Of a stretch of 64,000 nucleotides of DNA, positions 47,050 through 58,026 are shown piece after piece. Numbering within the stretch: the stretch's first letter is position 1; the number at the start of each line of letters is the position of its first letter. Below the pieces are notes generated by a model that saw nothing but the letters and a program-made list of their open reading frames with translations, was not told the origin of the DNA and searched no databases. The translations under genes were made by a program, and so were the position numbers. Origin of the DNA: Macrostomum lignano (taxonomy: Eukaryota); assembly GCA_002269645.1 (NCBI GenBank), contig NIVC01001234.1, positions 62,001 to 126,000 of the forward strand. The letters are read 5' to 3'.

Positions 47050-50000
47050 AGATGGATTCCTGCTGAAGCTGTGGTCCAGTATTCTATGGACTTCTGGTCA
47101 ACAGGCAAGTCTGGAAGCGACACATCGATCAAATCATCAGAGCATTGTCCAGCCACCGCCCAGTCTGAAGGACTCAGAGCAACTAAACTAACTCAGAGCG
47201 AGAGCGGCAACTCAACAAATCAACTCAAATGACGTCAAGCCAAAAAGAGACCCAGGCAAGGATGACTAGGATCACACTGATGGCAAGGATGACAAGGATC
47301 ACACTGATGGCAAGGATGACTAGGATCACACTGATGGCAAGGATGACAAGGATCACACTGATGGCAAGGATGACAAGGATCACACTGATGGCAAGGATGA
47401 CAAGGATCACACTGATGGCAAGGATGACAAGGATCACACTGATGGCAAGGATGACAAGGATCACACTGATGGCAAGGATGACAAGGATCACACTGATGGC
47501 AAGGATGACAAGGATCACACTGATGGCAAGGATGACAAGGATCACACTGATGGCAAGGATGACGCTGATCCTGGTCAAGAAGCATGAACGCGAGGACCTT
47601 GGGGGATAGAACCAAGTTGAGCAAACCGCATCGTTCGCAATACAGTTACTAAATTTGGATTACTGACAATGCCACTTTTTATTGAGAAAAGGGGGAGTGC
47701 ACGAGTATATGAGCTGCATTACACATTAAATTTATACATTATACACTACAGCGCCCAGCTCTATGCTCTTGACAAGCTGCGACTAAAGTAGAAACAAGCA
47801 GTTCAAGTCGAGGCCGCTGAATAAAATTTAAAATAATTCGCTTTGCCCAAAACATTACGGCCAGCTCATGGAAGTCTCTCAAGACTGGAATCGCAGTTAA
47901 TACAGAAGTAGAAGCATACAGGCCCTCAGTAAAGAACGTATCTGAATAGTGTCGGTTGTCAGTCAATTTGTCACTAAAAACATTGCCTCCTGACATATGA
48001 CGTAGTTTCTAAGATGCAACTACGAGTATTAGCTACCCTAAAAATATAGGGGATTGTAGCCTAGACAATCCCAATTGTAGCCCAGTAGTCAGAGCGTCAG
48101 ACTCGCAACTGAAAGGTCGGGGGTTCGATTCCCGATCCCACTAGACACAATTTGTGTCTTTGAGCAGGACACTTAAATCTGCATTGCTTCAGTTCACCCA
48201 GCTATAAAATGGGTGCCAGCATTAGCTGAGGTAATTGAGGCTGTGTGTGGCGACCCCCCCCCCCCCAGTCCTTGGACTGAACAGCCGTACGCAGCCTTCA
48301 GATGCGCCGCGCAATAGCTGCGGCTGAGCTGTCGGTTGCACATCTGCCAATTGGGGCAGGTGTAATCAATTACTATTAATATTATTTTTTTATTATTGTT
48401 ATGAAGAGGCAAAAAGTTCACTGAGCTGAGCTTACTGAGTGTAGCAAGAAAGTGGAAATTGCTGAGATTCGGGTCATTAATCTTTAAATTTCTTTTACTA
48501 TTTTGCTCAGAAACCCGCCATGGGAGCAGGGGTCTGCGGGTATAAACTAGCAGCCGGAGAGACTCGGCTCATTCCCAGTCCACGTCTTCTCCTCCGCGAG
48601 AGCTGGAACCGGTTTTTGAGTGGGGTTAAAATTTGCATTCACGTCTCGACTGCCCGACCTGCAACTCGAAGAGGAGGCCTTGGCTGGAACGCGGGGGGGG
48701 AGTTTTAAAATTCAAGCTGATGCAGAGATGCACTTCTCCCGTTGTGTCTGTGTTTGTGACTCGGTTTATAGTGAATTTCAGTTGAGGTCATATTAGTCAA
48801 TTCACTTTCTCTCCCATTTATCTGGAGCGCAACTTTCATGCCAGCGGCAACTTTCTCCTCAACACAGCAATTCAACAAGCTCTAAAGGAGAAACCCTAAA
48901 AAGTTACGGAATGCACGAAGCAGGAAAAACAGTCCACACTGAAAGCAAGGTGTGGACCACACTGAAACAGGCAGAAAGGAAGGAGTGGCTTGCATCACGA
49001 GGGTGCTGAAAAGTGAAAGCGAAAAGAAAACTGGGCGGAGAAGCCAACCAAGCTCTGCTTCTTCCATTATTCTAGAAGCAAGCGGGAATCAATCAGTTTG
49101 GCTGAATTAATTATTAAGCGACTGTAAATAATGACGGCCAGGAGCAGCTCACCGGCTGACGCACCTGCCGTCCCAGTCGCAACATGCGGCATTTCTCCCC
49201 TCCCTCTCCTCCTCTCTGTCCATCTCTTTCCACAGGAAGAAACACACTTGAATGCCGCAAGAAGTCTGCGCAGATAATAAGGAAAAAGCGATTCTACAAA
49301 AGGGAGAATAAAGGAAAACAGTCCGCTCCGTAGGCGTGGCCTTGTTATCTTTCTGATTGCAAAACAAACTCGTGCAGCTCCTCAAGTCCCTCCCCGCCTC
49401 CCTGACCAGCAGCTCCTTAGTCCCCGAAGTGCAGCCATACTTGGATCTTAGCCTATAGTTTTGCGAAGTACAAGCAAATCATTTCTGAACCAACCAACGC
49501 CTCAGCAGCAATTGCAGCCTATGTTAAAAGGGTTCCTCATGCCTATGAAGACGTTGGGTTAGATGCAATTTTTGTGAAAATGCACTGCAGTTCCGACTAT
49601 TTCAGTCTGTTCCCATGCCTCAATCTTCTCTGTCTCACTTCAGCCCCTTGAACTTCTGTCAGCCACCTGCTTGTGTGAAATGATGAGGACTGGCCTCTCA
49701 GCAGCCCATTGTCAAACTCGCGAACGGCTCTTCTCTCCCTCACCTGTTCTCACATGAGCCTGGGAAACTTACCACTCTGCCCATGGGGGGAGGGGCTTGA
49801 TGCAGCTGGGGAAAATATGTGTTGAAAAGATGGAAACAAACAAAGTCTGATAATTCACAAGGCTTTGCTTTATTGATTTCTATTCCCAAGCAGGTTTGGA
49901 AATTGAGGCATTGAGATCCAATCCAGACTATTCTCATAATCAGGGTTTAGCGTGCAGTCCACAACTACACTTTCCAAAGTGTTATGGATTTGAGAACATT

Positions 50001-53000
50001 CAAATACTCTCATTATTTGAGAACATTCGTTTCACCCGAAACTCGCTTTTCCAGAGCGTGTCCAACTACCTGATCGTGAGCCTGGCCGTGGCCGACCTCA
50101 TGGTGGCCACCCTCGTCATGCCCATCAGCGCGCTGAACGAGCTGTCGAAGTACTGGTGGCTTGGTAAGGCTTAGTTGTGCCCGCCGCCACTTCAAGCCCT
50201 GTGCCAGGCCTTCTGGAAGGCCTCGATGATGTGGTGGTGACTGTGGCCTGACTTTTGATGACGCTTGAAAAATTTCTCCCTATCGCTAAGCCCAGTGCAG
50301 TCGGGACGCTGCACTCGACATCAACTAGTCCTCCCCCATTCTCTTTCTCCCTCGGGCTATCGTTGCGAAGTCCCAATGGGATCAGCCAGTTGGTCCCGCG
50401 CTGCACTTGCTCGCATGCATGCCAAGCTGCTGGATTTCTCCCCCTCTCACTCTCCCACATTTGCTCTGCGCTCGTCTTCAACCGTCGTGGCCGCTTATGA
50501 CAGCTGAAGCTTCCCGTTGCTTCTCTCGGCTCTGCCCCTTCCCCTCTCCCTCTCTCTCGGTCCTGACAACAGTAAGACCCTCTCGCATGCTAGGGAGATT
50601 AGCAGACAGAAAAGTTGCCGCCCTGCCGAGGGAGAGCAGGGGAGTGAGAGCAGGAAAGGGGAGAAAACCGCGAACTGGCGGGGCCCCATTTGAAAATTGG
50701 AAGCCCGGAGCCAAAGTCTTTCTTGATCGAAAGAGCCCTCCCTCTGAACTGGCAGCTAAGCGGGAGACGAAAGGCCCGCAGCAACTGCCACCCTCACTTT
50801 TAGATATGGGGGAAATTTCTGCAAAAAGACAGACCTACGCAACTTTGAGTTTGGGGATTTTTACCAGAAATTTGCTTCCTCACTGGTTGGCGGGAAATGA
50901 CTGGCTGGAGGCAGTCAAGCAGGGGAGGCTTCGATCAGTTGTTTTGTCGCGCGCGCGTGCCCAACCCGCTTTGGAGACTCTGAGCAGCAGGCAGAGAGGC
51001 GGATCGAAGTCATTCACGGAATAGGGAAGCGGGCATGGGGACAGCCGGAATGGGAAAAGAAGATCACTTATCAGGGAGGCCCTCATGCGAGCTAATGCGC
51101 GGTGACACTGTCTGGGGGGCTGGCAGCGGCTGTCTGAATTTGTCAGCTGGTGGCGCAGTAGGGCAGAATTAAGAAGCCAGTCGGCCTTGTTGATATGGGA
51201 TTTTTGAGTTTACAGATTTTTTTCTCCCGCAACCACCAGCAAATCCCAAAGAAAATTGTTTGTGTTCTTGAGCAACAGCATTTTTCTAAATATTAGTGCG
51301 CCCAACTCTATGCTTCGTGATTTGGGATAAAACTCTCAGGTTTTTTAGCTCAAAACTTTTGGCAAGAAATGCATACAATTATCTTTTTAAATGGTAAAAA
51401 TGACTACATCGAAGCATTAAAAATGGCTCTATAAAACCAATAACAATGACTCAATCAAATCAGTAACAATGACTCAATCAAATCAGTAACAATGACTCAA
51501 TCAAATCAGTAACAATGACTCAATCAAATCAGTAACAATGACTCAATCAAACCAGTAACAATGACTAAATAAAATCAGTAACAATAACTAAATCAAATCA
51601 GTAACAACGACTCAATCAAATCAGTAACAATGACTCAATCAAATCAGTAACAATGACTAAATCAAATCAGTAACAATGACTAAATCAAATCAGTAACAAT
51701 GACTAAATCAAATCAGTAACACTGACTCAATCAAATCAGTAACAATGACTCAATCAAATCAGTAACAACGACTCCATCAAATCAGTAACAATGACTCAAT
51801 CAAATCAGTAACAATGACTCAATCAAACCAGTAACAATGACTAAATCAAATCAGTAACAACGACTCCATCAAATCAGTAACAACGACTCAATCAAATCAG
51901 TAACAACGACTCAATCAAATCAGTAACAATGACTCAATCAAACCAGTAACAATGACTAAATCAAATCAGTAACAATAACTAAATCAAATCAGTAACAACG
52001 ACTCCATCAAATCAGTAACAATGACTCCATCAAATCAGTAACAATGACTCCATCAAAGCGTGGATTATGAAAAAGGACATTAGCCAGTTTTATTCATGAG
52101 AACAGTCAAAACGCTAAAGGATTGATAATCTGTCTCCGATCCCGTGGCCAAGATGGTTGCCTGAAGGATTTCTTAATCCGGAATCAAGCAAAGACCCCAC
52201 TGAATTTTGAATTCGTTACGGACCAGCTTGTTAGAAAGGACTAATATTTCTAAGAACTTTCTCGGAGCAGCTGTGCCAGCAACCGTGGCGCTTTGAATAA
52301 GTGCTAAAAATACAAAAAAGTCGTAGCACTGCTATACGTTCGGATCTAAGATTGCCGCTGCATCAGGGAGGCTGGAGAGTTATAATATAGTTACTTTAAA
52401 TCAAGTTGACTTTAAGAGGACTTTGACTTTTAACCTCGATCCCTCCAATAATAAATCCCACCATGGATGTTCGTCCGTTCTTGAACCATTACTTTAGAGT
52501 CTTGCCCCACCCAAACATGTTTAAGTTATTTTTAAGTATCAAATTAAGAGTACATTTAAAGCCTTCGAAGCCCCCTCCCCACCCGGCACAGGTATCCACC
52601 TGTGCGACCTGTGGATCTGCTTCGACATTCTGTGCTGCACGGCGTCCATCCTGCACCTCGTAGGCATTGCGGTTGACCGCTACTGGGCTGTCACCAATGT
52701 CAACTACGTTCGGGTGCGCAGCGGCAAGCGCATCGGCCTCATGATCGGCGCCATGTGGGCGATCAGCATGGCCATCAGCATCCCGGCCAGGTACATGAAC
52801 GAGGAGAAGCGACGAGGGGCGATCCGCAAAGGCGAGTGCAACATCAACGACGGCTGGTTGTACACCATTTTCAGCACGGTGGGCGCCTTCTACCTACCCA
52901 TGCTGTTCATGATCGCCATCTACATCCGCATCTACCAAGCGGCTCGAAAGCGCATTCGGAAGAAGGCCTTCAAGCACCCGCAGGCCCCGTCCGCCACCGC

Positions 53001-53562
53001 CACCGCCATCCCTATGTCTGTCAGCGGCTGTCGCGGCGGTCACTCAGCAGCCGGAGAAGATACTGACGCTCCTGACGCCGATGACGACATTGATGGCGAT
53101 CCCGCTGGCGACTCAGGCGGCGGCGGCGGCAACGGCGGCGGTGGCGGAAGCAGCGGTGGAGGCGGCAACAACCGAGGCAACAGCGGCAGAGGCAAATGCG
53201 ACAGGAGTCACAATGGTCGCCAGGCGTTGCTGATGACGCCGCAGACTCCACAGTCCCGGGCCGCTCAGAGAAGGGAGCGGCTTGAGCAGAAACGAGAGCG
53301 GAAGGCGGCGAGAACCCTGGCAATCATCACCGGCTGCTTTCTGGTGTGCTGGTTCCCCTTCTTCCTGAGGGCGGTGATCTGTCCTTTCCGCAGTGCCCAG
53401 TGCCGCAGCCTCATCCCGGGCTATGGACACTCGCTAATCCTGTGGCTGGGCTACATGAACAGCCTGCTCAATCCCATCATCTACACGATCTTCTCGCCAG
53501 ACTTTAGGAGCGCCTTCAGCAAAATTCTATTTGGTCGGTACCGAAGGCGAGGCTTCCGCTGA
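42678..53562 (+). CDS. 5-HT1-type serotonin receptor (class A aminergic GPCR), 443 aa, 3 exons
   Basis: Exons 42678-42929, 50055-50163 and 52592-53562 total 1,332 nt with phases 0 and 1. Motifs: GNVFVVAAI, NYLIVSLAVADL, amine-binding D3.32 in CFDILCCTASILHL, DRYW, STVGAFYLP, RERKAARTL, CWFPFF, WLGYMNSLLNPIIY. These fit the 5-HT1 group. The start codon could be one of several downstream Mets. Confidence 0.9.
43960..44262. repeat. 38/39-bp minisatellite, ~8 copies
   Basis: Unit TTTGCTTGTCTCACC(T)GGCTCATGAGCACTTGTCTAATC, in intron 1 of the 5-HT receptor gene. Confidence 0.95.
45358..46725 (+). mobile_element. Degenerate, internally deleted Ty3/gypsy element (gag plus integrase zinc-binding remnant)
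   Basis: PBS-like TGGTGGCAGC at 45358. Gag fragments EAYEERLKQFLVVNKV and VSDFVASLRSLTATC...GFVVGLR...EEKLTLACALTLATAMEAA. Integrase fragment ILWGVRVIIPRSVQQIVLELLHGRHP...WLPGIDKAIE...C. No reverse transcriptase is visible. Confidence 0.75.
45685..45917. mobile_element. hAT-like MITE (233 bp) inserted in the gypsy gag
   Basis: The ends are CAGGGGTTGGCCAAAC and GTTTGCCGACCCCTG. The 8-bp flanks CTTTAGCC and CTTTCGCT match at 6 of 8 positions. Removing the insert rejoins gag as EHFS..KPKIF. Confidence 0.75.
47015..47047. repeat. (AG)n microsatellite
   Basis: About 16 uninterrupted AG units. Confidence 0.95.
47255..47563. repeat. 27-bp minisatellite, ~11.5 copies
   Basis: Unit GCAAGGATGACAAGGATCACACTGATG. 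It generates the repetitive ORFs MARMTRITL, ISVILVILA and HPCHQCDPC. Confidence 0.95.
48049..48390 (+). mobile_element. tRNA-derived SINE with a Deu/Nin-like core (copy 2)
   Basis: Same head, core and tail as 40327-40620; for example CAGCCGTACGCAGCCTTCAGATGCGCCGCGCAATAGCTGCGGCTGAGCT is identical. The head is rearranged. Confidence 0.8.
51435..52056. repeat. 23-bp minisatellite, ~27 copies
   Basis: Unit AATCAGTAACAATGACTCAATCA, in intron 2 of the 5-HT receptor gene. Confidence 0.95.
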
Positions 53563-55415
53563 ATCAATCGGTGGCCGCAAAGACTTCTGGCATAGCGGGC
53601 TCCTGCAGAGAAATTGAGGAGTCGGAGTGGTCGATGTTGATTTCACAGTTGACAATAAAAGTCCGCACTGCGAGTCAGATTGTAGAACCGCATGACTCTG
53701 TTTTCATTCGTCCGCCCCTATCTATCTTCCATCTCTCCGCTTTGTGTTATCCTCCCTTCTTCGATTTAGACGGCCTCCTTTGCTCAGTCCGCAGATTTGC
53801 TCTAGCATCAGCTCAGCCAGGCCATAAAGCCTAGTAAAGTAGGCGTCAAGTCAGGCAGGGGGCTTAGGCAGTTGGGAAGCGGCAGACATTTCGCCTTGAT
53901 CCTGGCGGCTAAGCGGCGATCAGCTATCACGCGCCTCCAGATCCCCGTCTGCCGGCTTCCCACCAAAGTTCTGGTCGAAGGATCCTCAAATGCCAGACGG
54001 TGAGGCGGCAGCCGGAGAGGCGCGGATAATTGGGACGGCTTTGCGCGCCATTTCGGAGCGAGCGCGCGGCAGTTCGGAAATTCCCGGGCTTTGCGGCGAC
54101 GAAATGCGGGCAAAGCCGGAGAGAGAGGGAGAGCAAATGCGGAGAGTTGGCCCTGGCCGGAGAGCGAGTTGCGCATCGCTCACACAGACAGCCGGGCCCT
54201 ATTAGTCACCAATGCGAGGATATCCAGCCAAGCTAATTTCCTGCGCGCTCCTGAGGCAGATAGAGGGCAGGAGGAGAGGGTGAACCAGAGTTCGAGGCTA
54301 GAGAATAGAACGTGCTCAGGACCGCTTGATTGACAGCCGCGGTTTCTCTGTGGCCCTGCTAGCACTCTCCAATCACCTTCGCTTTGTCAAGTGGTACTTT
54401 TAGCAGTTCGTTGCCCACACAGCGGATGTGAAATAAGAATATTCAGACGGGTATTAATTAGCTCAGACCCGTCAAAGGATCCCCGTGTCCCATCTGCGCC
54501 TGTTTGCACTGCGCTCACTAGGCTGTGGGATCGCATCCGGCAACATGGTATTAAGATATCCAAGCAGTCAAGCTAAAAGCAGAGGTCGAACTGACCAGAA
54601 TTCTTGAGCATACATAACGATGTTTATCTTCTTGCTTTTTTTACATTCTCAACCTATTTGCTGTTGTGTTTCTTTCCTTTCCTTATACTCGAATTTCTTA
54701 CAGTTTCCATTGAATTGAGCTCGAATCCGTCAATGAATATCCCAGCTGCTTGTTTTACACGTTATGAGCATGCTGAGTGTCTGAAGTTCCCAGTGTACAT
54801 AATCCTGTCATGCACATACTAATTTAGTCTAAAAATACTCGTAGCTCCGACCCAAGATTTTGTTGCAACTGACCTTGCCAGTGTTGATTTCTTGCTTAGC
54901 GATAGAGTTGATGGTGACCTTCGGCCCCCACGCTGATAGCACCGCTTTATTGCATAATGAGACTTCTCGCTCACCGTGGCGCCACTGAAATATATCTATG
55001 TGCAAGAACTTCGCTACTAGCTTGTATTTTTTTGTTTTAAAGCCCACAGAAAACAACAGTGTGGACTTTGACGCTCATGTACATGTATCTTTATTTTTGT
55101 GGCTGGGCGATTTATGCATTTTGCTATTTATTATGCACTTGTACGCTGGGCAGAGAAGCTCTAGCGGCGTCCGTCTAGCTCTCCCCAGGCCAAAGTACCA
55201 AGGCTCGGTACAAAACATTGGCCCTGGGGCTTGTGCGACCCTCGTCCAGGAAGGTCAACCCTCAAGGAGCAGAGAGTGTACATGGCCGATGATTAAAAGT
55301 CAAGGCCGCTGTACAGTCTGTGTGAGCGTGTGCCTGCGTACGTATCGGTGTGCGTGTGCGTACTGAGAGGTCAGCGAGAGGGGCATGACTAAGGATGACG
55401 TGCACATCCTTCGAA

Positions 55416-55867
55416 CAACAACAACAACAAAAAACATTGTCAGCCAATCAAGTGTGGGACAATGTCACCAGGCGCGTTTAAGGGCCTGGGCGCGAACGTA
55501 GGCCGCACCGCCGGGGCCAGCAGCAGGGAGTCGACGAAACGCCGGGTGCGCGCCTGCCCCCGCCGGTAGGGTGCCTGCAGCGTCAGCAGCAGCACCTCCT
55601 GCACCGGCTGTGGACAGTACGACTCAGCTCGGATAATATGGCCTGGCAGCTGCATTCGCCGACGGCGCAACACTTCACTGGGGGTGGAACAGGCCGGTGC
55701 GGCGATAGAGTGCCGCATTGGTGACTCGCTCGTAGCTGATCTTGAAGGCGGCGCGTAGCAGGCCAGCGTGCGCCGCATCAACCTGCTGTTCGAGCGACTC
55801 CGTCAGCGTCCAGGTCTCGGCGTTGTACAGCAGGACGGTCTCGATCACCGCCTGGAACAGCAAGTAT
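55416..55867 (-). mobile_element. 5'-truncated RTE-like non-LTR retrotransposon 3' end with a (TTG)n tail
   Basis: Translation LLFQAVIETVLLYNAETWTLTESLEQQVDAAHAGLLR...VTNAALYRRTG / SEVLRRRRMQLPGHIIR is the typical post-RT C-terminus, with one frameshift near 55680. The tail appears as (AAC)n at 55414-55428 on the + strand. Confidence 0.8.
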
Positions 55868-56255
55868 GCTATTGTTGATCTAAGGATGATGTACACATCC
55901 TTGGAAGCCATTGTTGATCATCCTTGGGCATGACTAAGGGTGATGTACACATCCTTGGAAGCCATTGTTGATCATCCTTGGGCATGACTAAGGGTGATGT
56001 ACACATCCTTGGAAGCTATCGTTGATCATCCTTGGGCATGACTAAGGGTGATGTAAACATCGTTGGAAGCTATTGTTGATCATCCTTGGGCATGACTAAG
56101 GGTGATGTACACATCCTTGGAAGCTATTGTTGATCATCCTTGGGCATGACTAAGGGTGATGTAAACATCGTTGGAAGCTATTGTTGATCATCCTTGGGCA
56201 TGAATAAGGATGATGTACACATCCTTGGAAGCTATTGTTGATCATCCTTGGGCAT
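55868..56255. repeat. 54-bp minisatellite, ~7 copies, with one more partial unit at 55381-55415
   Basis: Unit GCTATTGTTGATCATCCTTGGGCATGACTAAGGGTGATGTACACATCCTTGGAA. Full units start at 55907, 55961, 56015, 56069, 56123 and 56177, with a partial unit at 56231. Confidence 0.95.
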
Positions 56256-56855
56256 GGAAACGGATCTACAGACAGTTGAGCACCTGAAGCTGCACATGCA
56301 TACGGCCGGCTGTATGATCGGTTTTCAAAAAAAAACATCTCCACCGATTTTCACCGAACTTTTTTTTACACCATTGGATTGTTGAAACTATTTTAAAACT
56401 TTTGTCAAACTCTTCTAAATAAACTCTTCTAATTAAAATATCTAAAAAATATTTTAAAAACTTCTGTCAAACTCTTACTACTAGGGATGAGTAGCATTGA
56501 TACCTTACCCTAGCATCGAATCGAACTGTGTGGCAAATGGAACAAAAAAGATGCTTCACTCATTTCATTTGCAATGTGACCGATGGAAGACATTGAAACC
56601 AGAAGCTAAGCTATCATGAACTAACAGCTACAGGTGCAAAAGCAAAACAAAGCTGCTTTTGTACTTGAAAGCTACTCGAAGTTTGAATTTCTTCAGGCCA
56701 TGACTTCTCGTAGATCAAAAGAAATAAGATAAAATCACGAAATGCTACTCTATTATCAGTAATTTATTTTGAAAATTTTGAAATACTGCACAAAAGCCAG
56801 AAACCAAGCTAATAACAAAATCATTCCTAAGCTTTAATAACAATTTGACGTTCAA

Positions 56856-57294
56856 TAGCAAGCTAATGGTCAGTAGCAAGCTAATGGTCACTAGCAAGCT
56901 AATGGTCAGTAGCAAGCTAAAGGTCACTAGCAATCTAATGGTCACTAGCAAGCTAATGGTCACTAGCAAGCTAAAGGTCACTAGCAAGCTAATGGTCAGT
57001 AGCAAGCTAATGGTCAGTAGCAAGCTAATGGTCACTAGCAAGCTAATGGTCACTAGCAAGCTAATGGTCACTAGCAAGCTAATGGTCACTAGCAAGCTAA
57101 TGGTCACTAGCAAGCTAATGGTCACTAGCAAGCTAATGGTCACTAGCAAGCTAATGGTCACTAGCAAGCTAATGGTCACTAGCAAGCTAATGGTCACTAG
57201 CAAGCTAATGGTCACTAGCAAGCTAATGGTCACTAGCAAGCTAATGGTCACTAGCAAGCTAATGGTCACTAGCAAGCTAATGGTCACTAGCAAG
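56856..57294. repeat. 18-bp minisatellite, ~24 copies
   Basis: Unit AGCAAGCTAATGGTCACT. It is the source of the spurious SKLMVT and LLVTIS ORFs. Confidence 0.95.
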
Positions 57295-58026
57295 TCAGTC
57301 AACACGAAGGAGTGCTGAAAAATTAATCAAACAGAGTAGCGCTTTTTGTACTAATAGTAAACATCAAAGAAACGCATTATTGGAACAATGACTGCTAGAA
57401 GCCTATGTTGAAAATAAGTGCGTGAGACGCAGCTGAGTGTAAAGCATCAACTGTTTCTAATATTGTTTACGCTTAACACTATAGTTGTGCTAGCAGTAAC
57501 ACTAAACACTAGCAACGCTAACACTAAACAGGTGCAAACACAAGCAGCGAAACAACGGGACGGGTTTGGTGCCAAGAGCTGCGATAAACCTTCGAATTAA
57601 TACGAACAAGACTTGAACTGTTGTCCAATGAGGTGAACACAATGGGCGTAAAAAAGACAAAAAAGTTGATTATGACGCAGGTTGAAACGTGGCTTGTTTG
57701 GTCAGCTGCTCAATTTCGATTGCACTCATACAACAAGTACCACGACAAAAACACTCCAAGCAATACGGCTATCGCATCTTATCCCCGGGACAAAAAGGTC
57801 GCACTCTGTCCAATGTTTTTATGAGCTAAGAATACCCAGCCATAAAGGAATTTTCACAAAGATAAATTTAGCTCCGCATATTCGCGTCAACAACATTTAT
57901 GAACGATGAGATAATTCAACGGTTGTGTCGGGTTCTCCGTCAGAAAAATTCAGTTTTAAAAGAAGCGAACTCGCTATTTATCCGGTTTCAATGCGTTTCA
58001 CGCGTCAAACTGCCCAGCTCGTTTCC

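Noticed and set aside
53571-55366. Numerous 60-120-aa ORFs in the GC-rich 3' flank of the 5-HT receptor gene
   Set aside because: They overlap on both strands with no motifs or splice logic, as expected by chance in GC-rich sequence.
56745-57318. 186-aa and 157-aa ORFs (LLVTIS / SKLMVT repeats)
   Set aside because: They result from an 18-bp stop-free minisatellite, with no splice or domain support.
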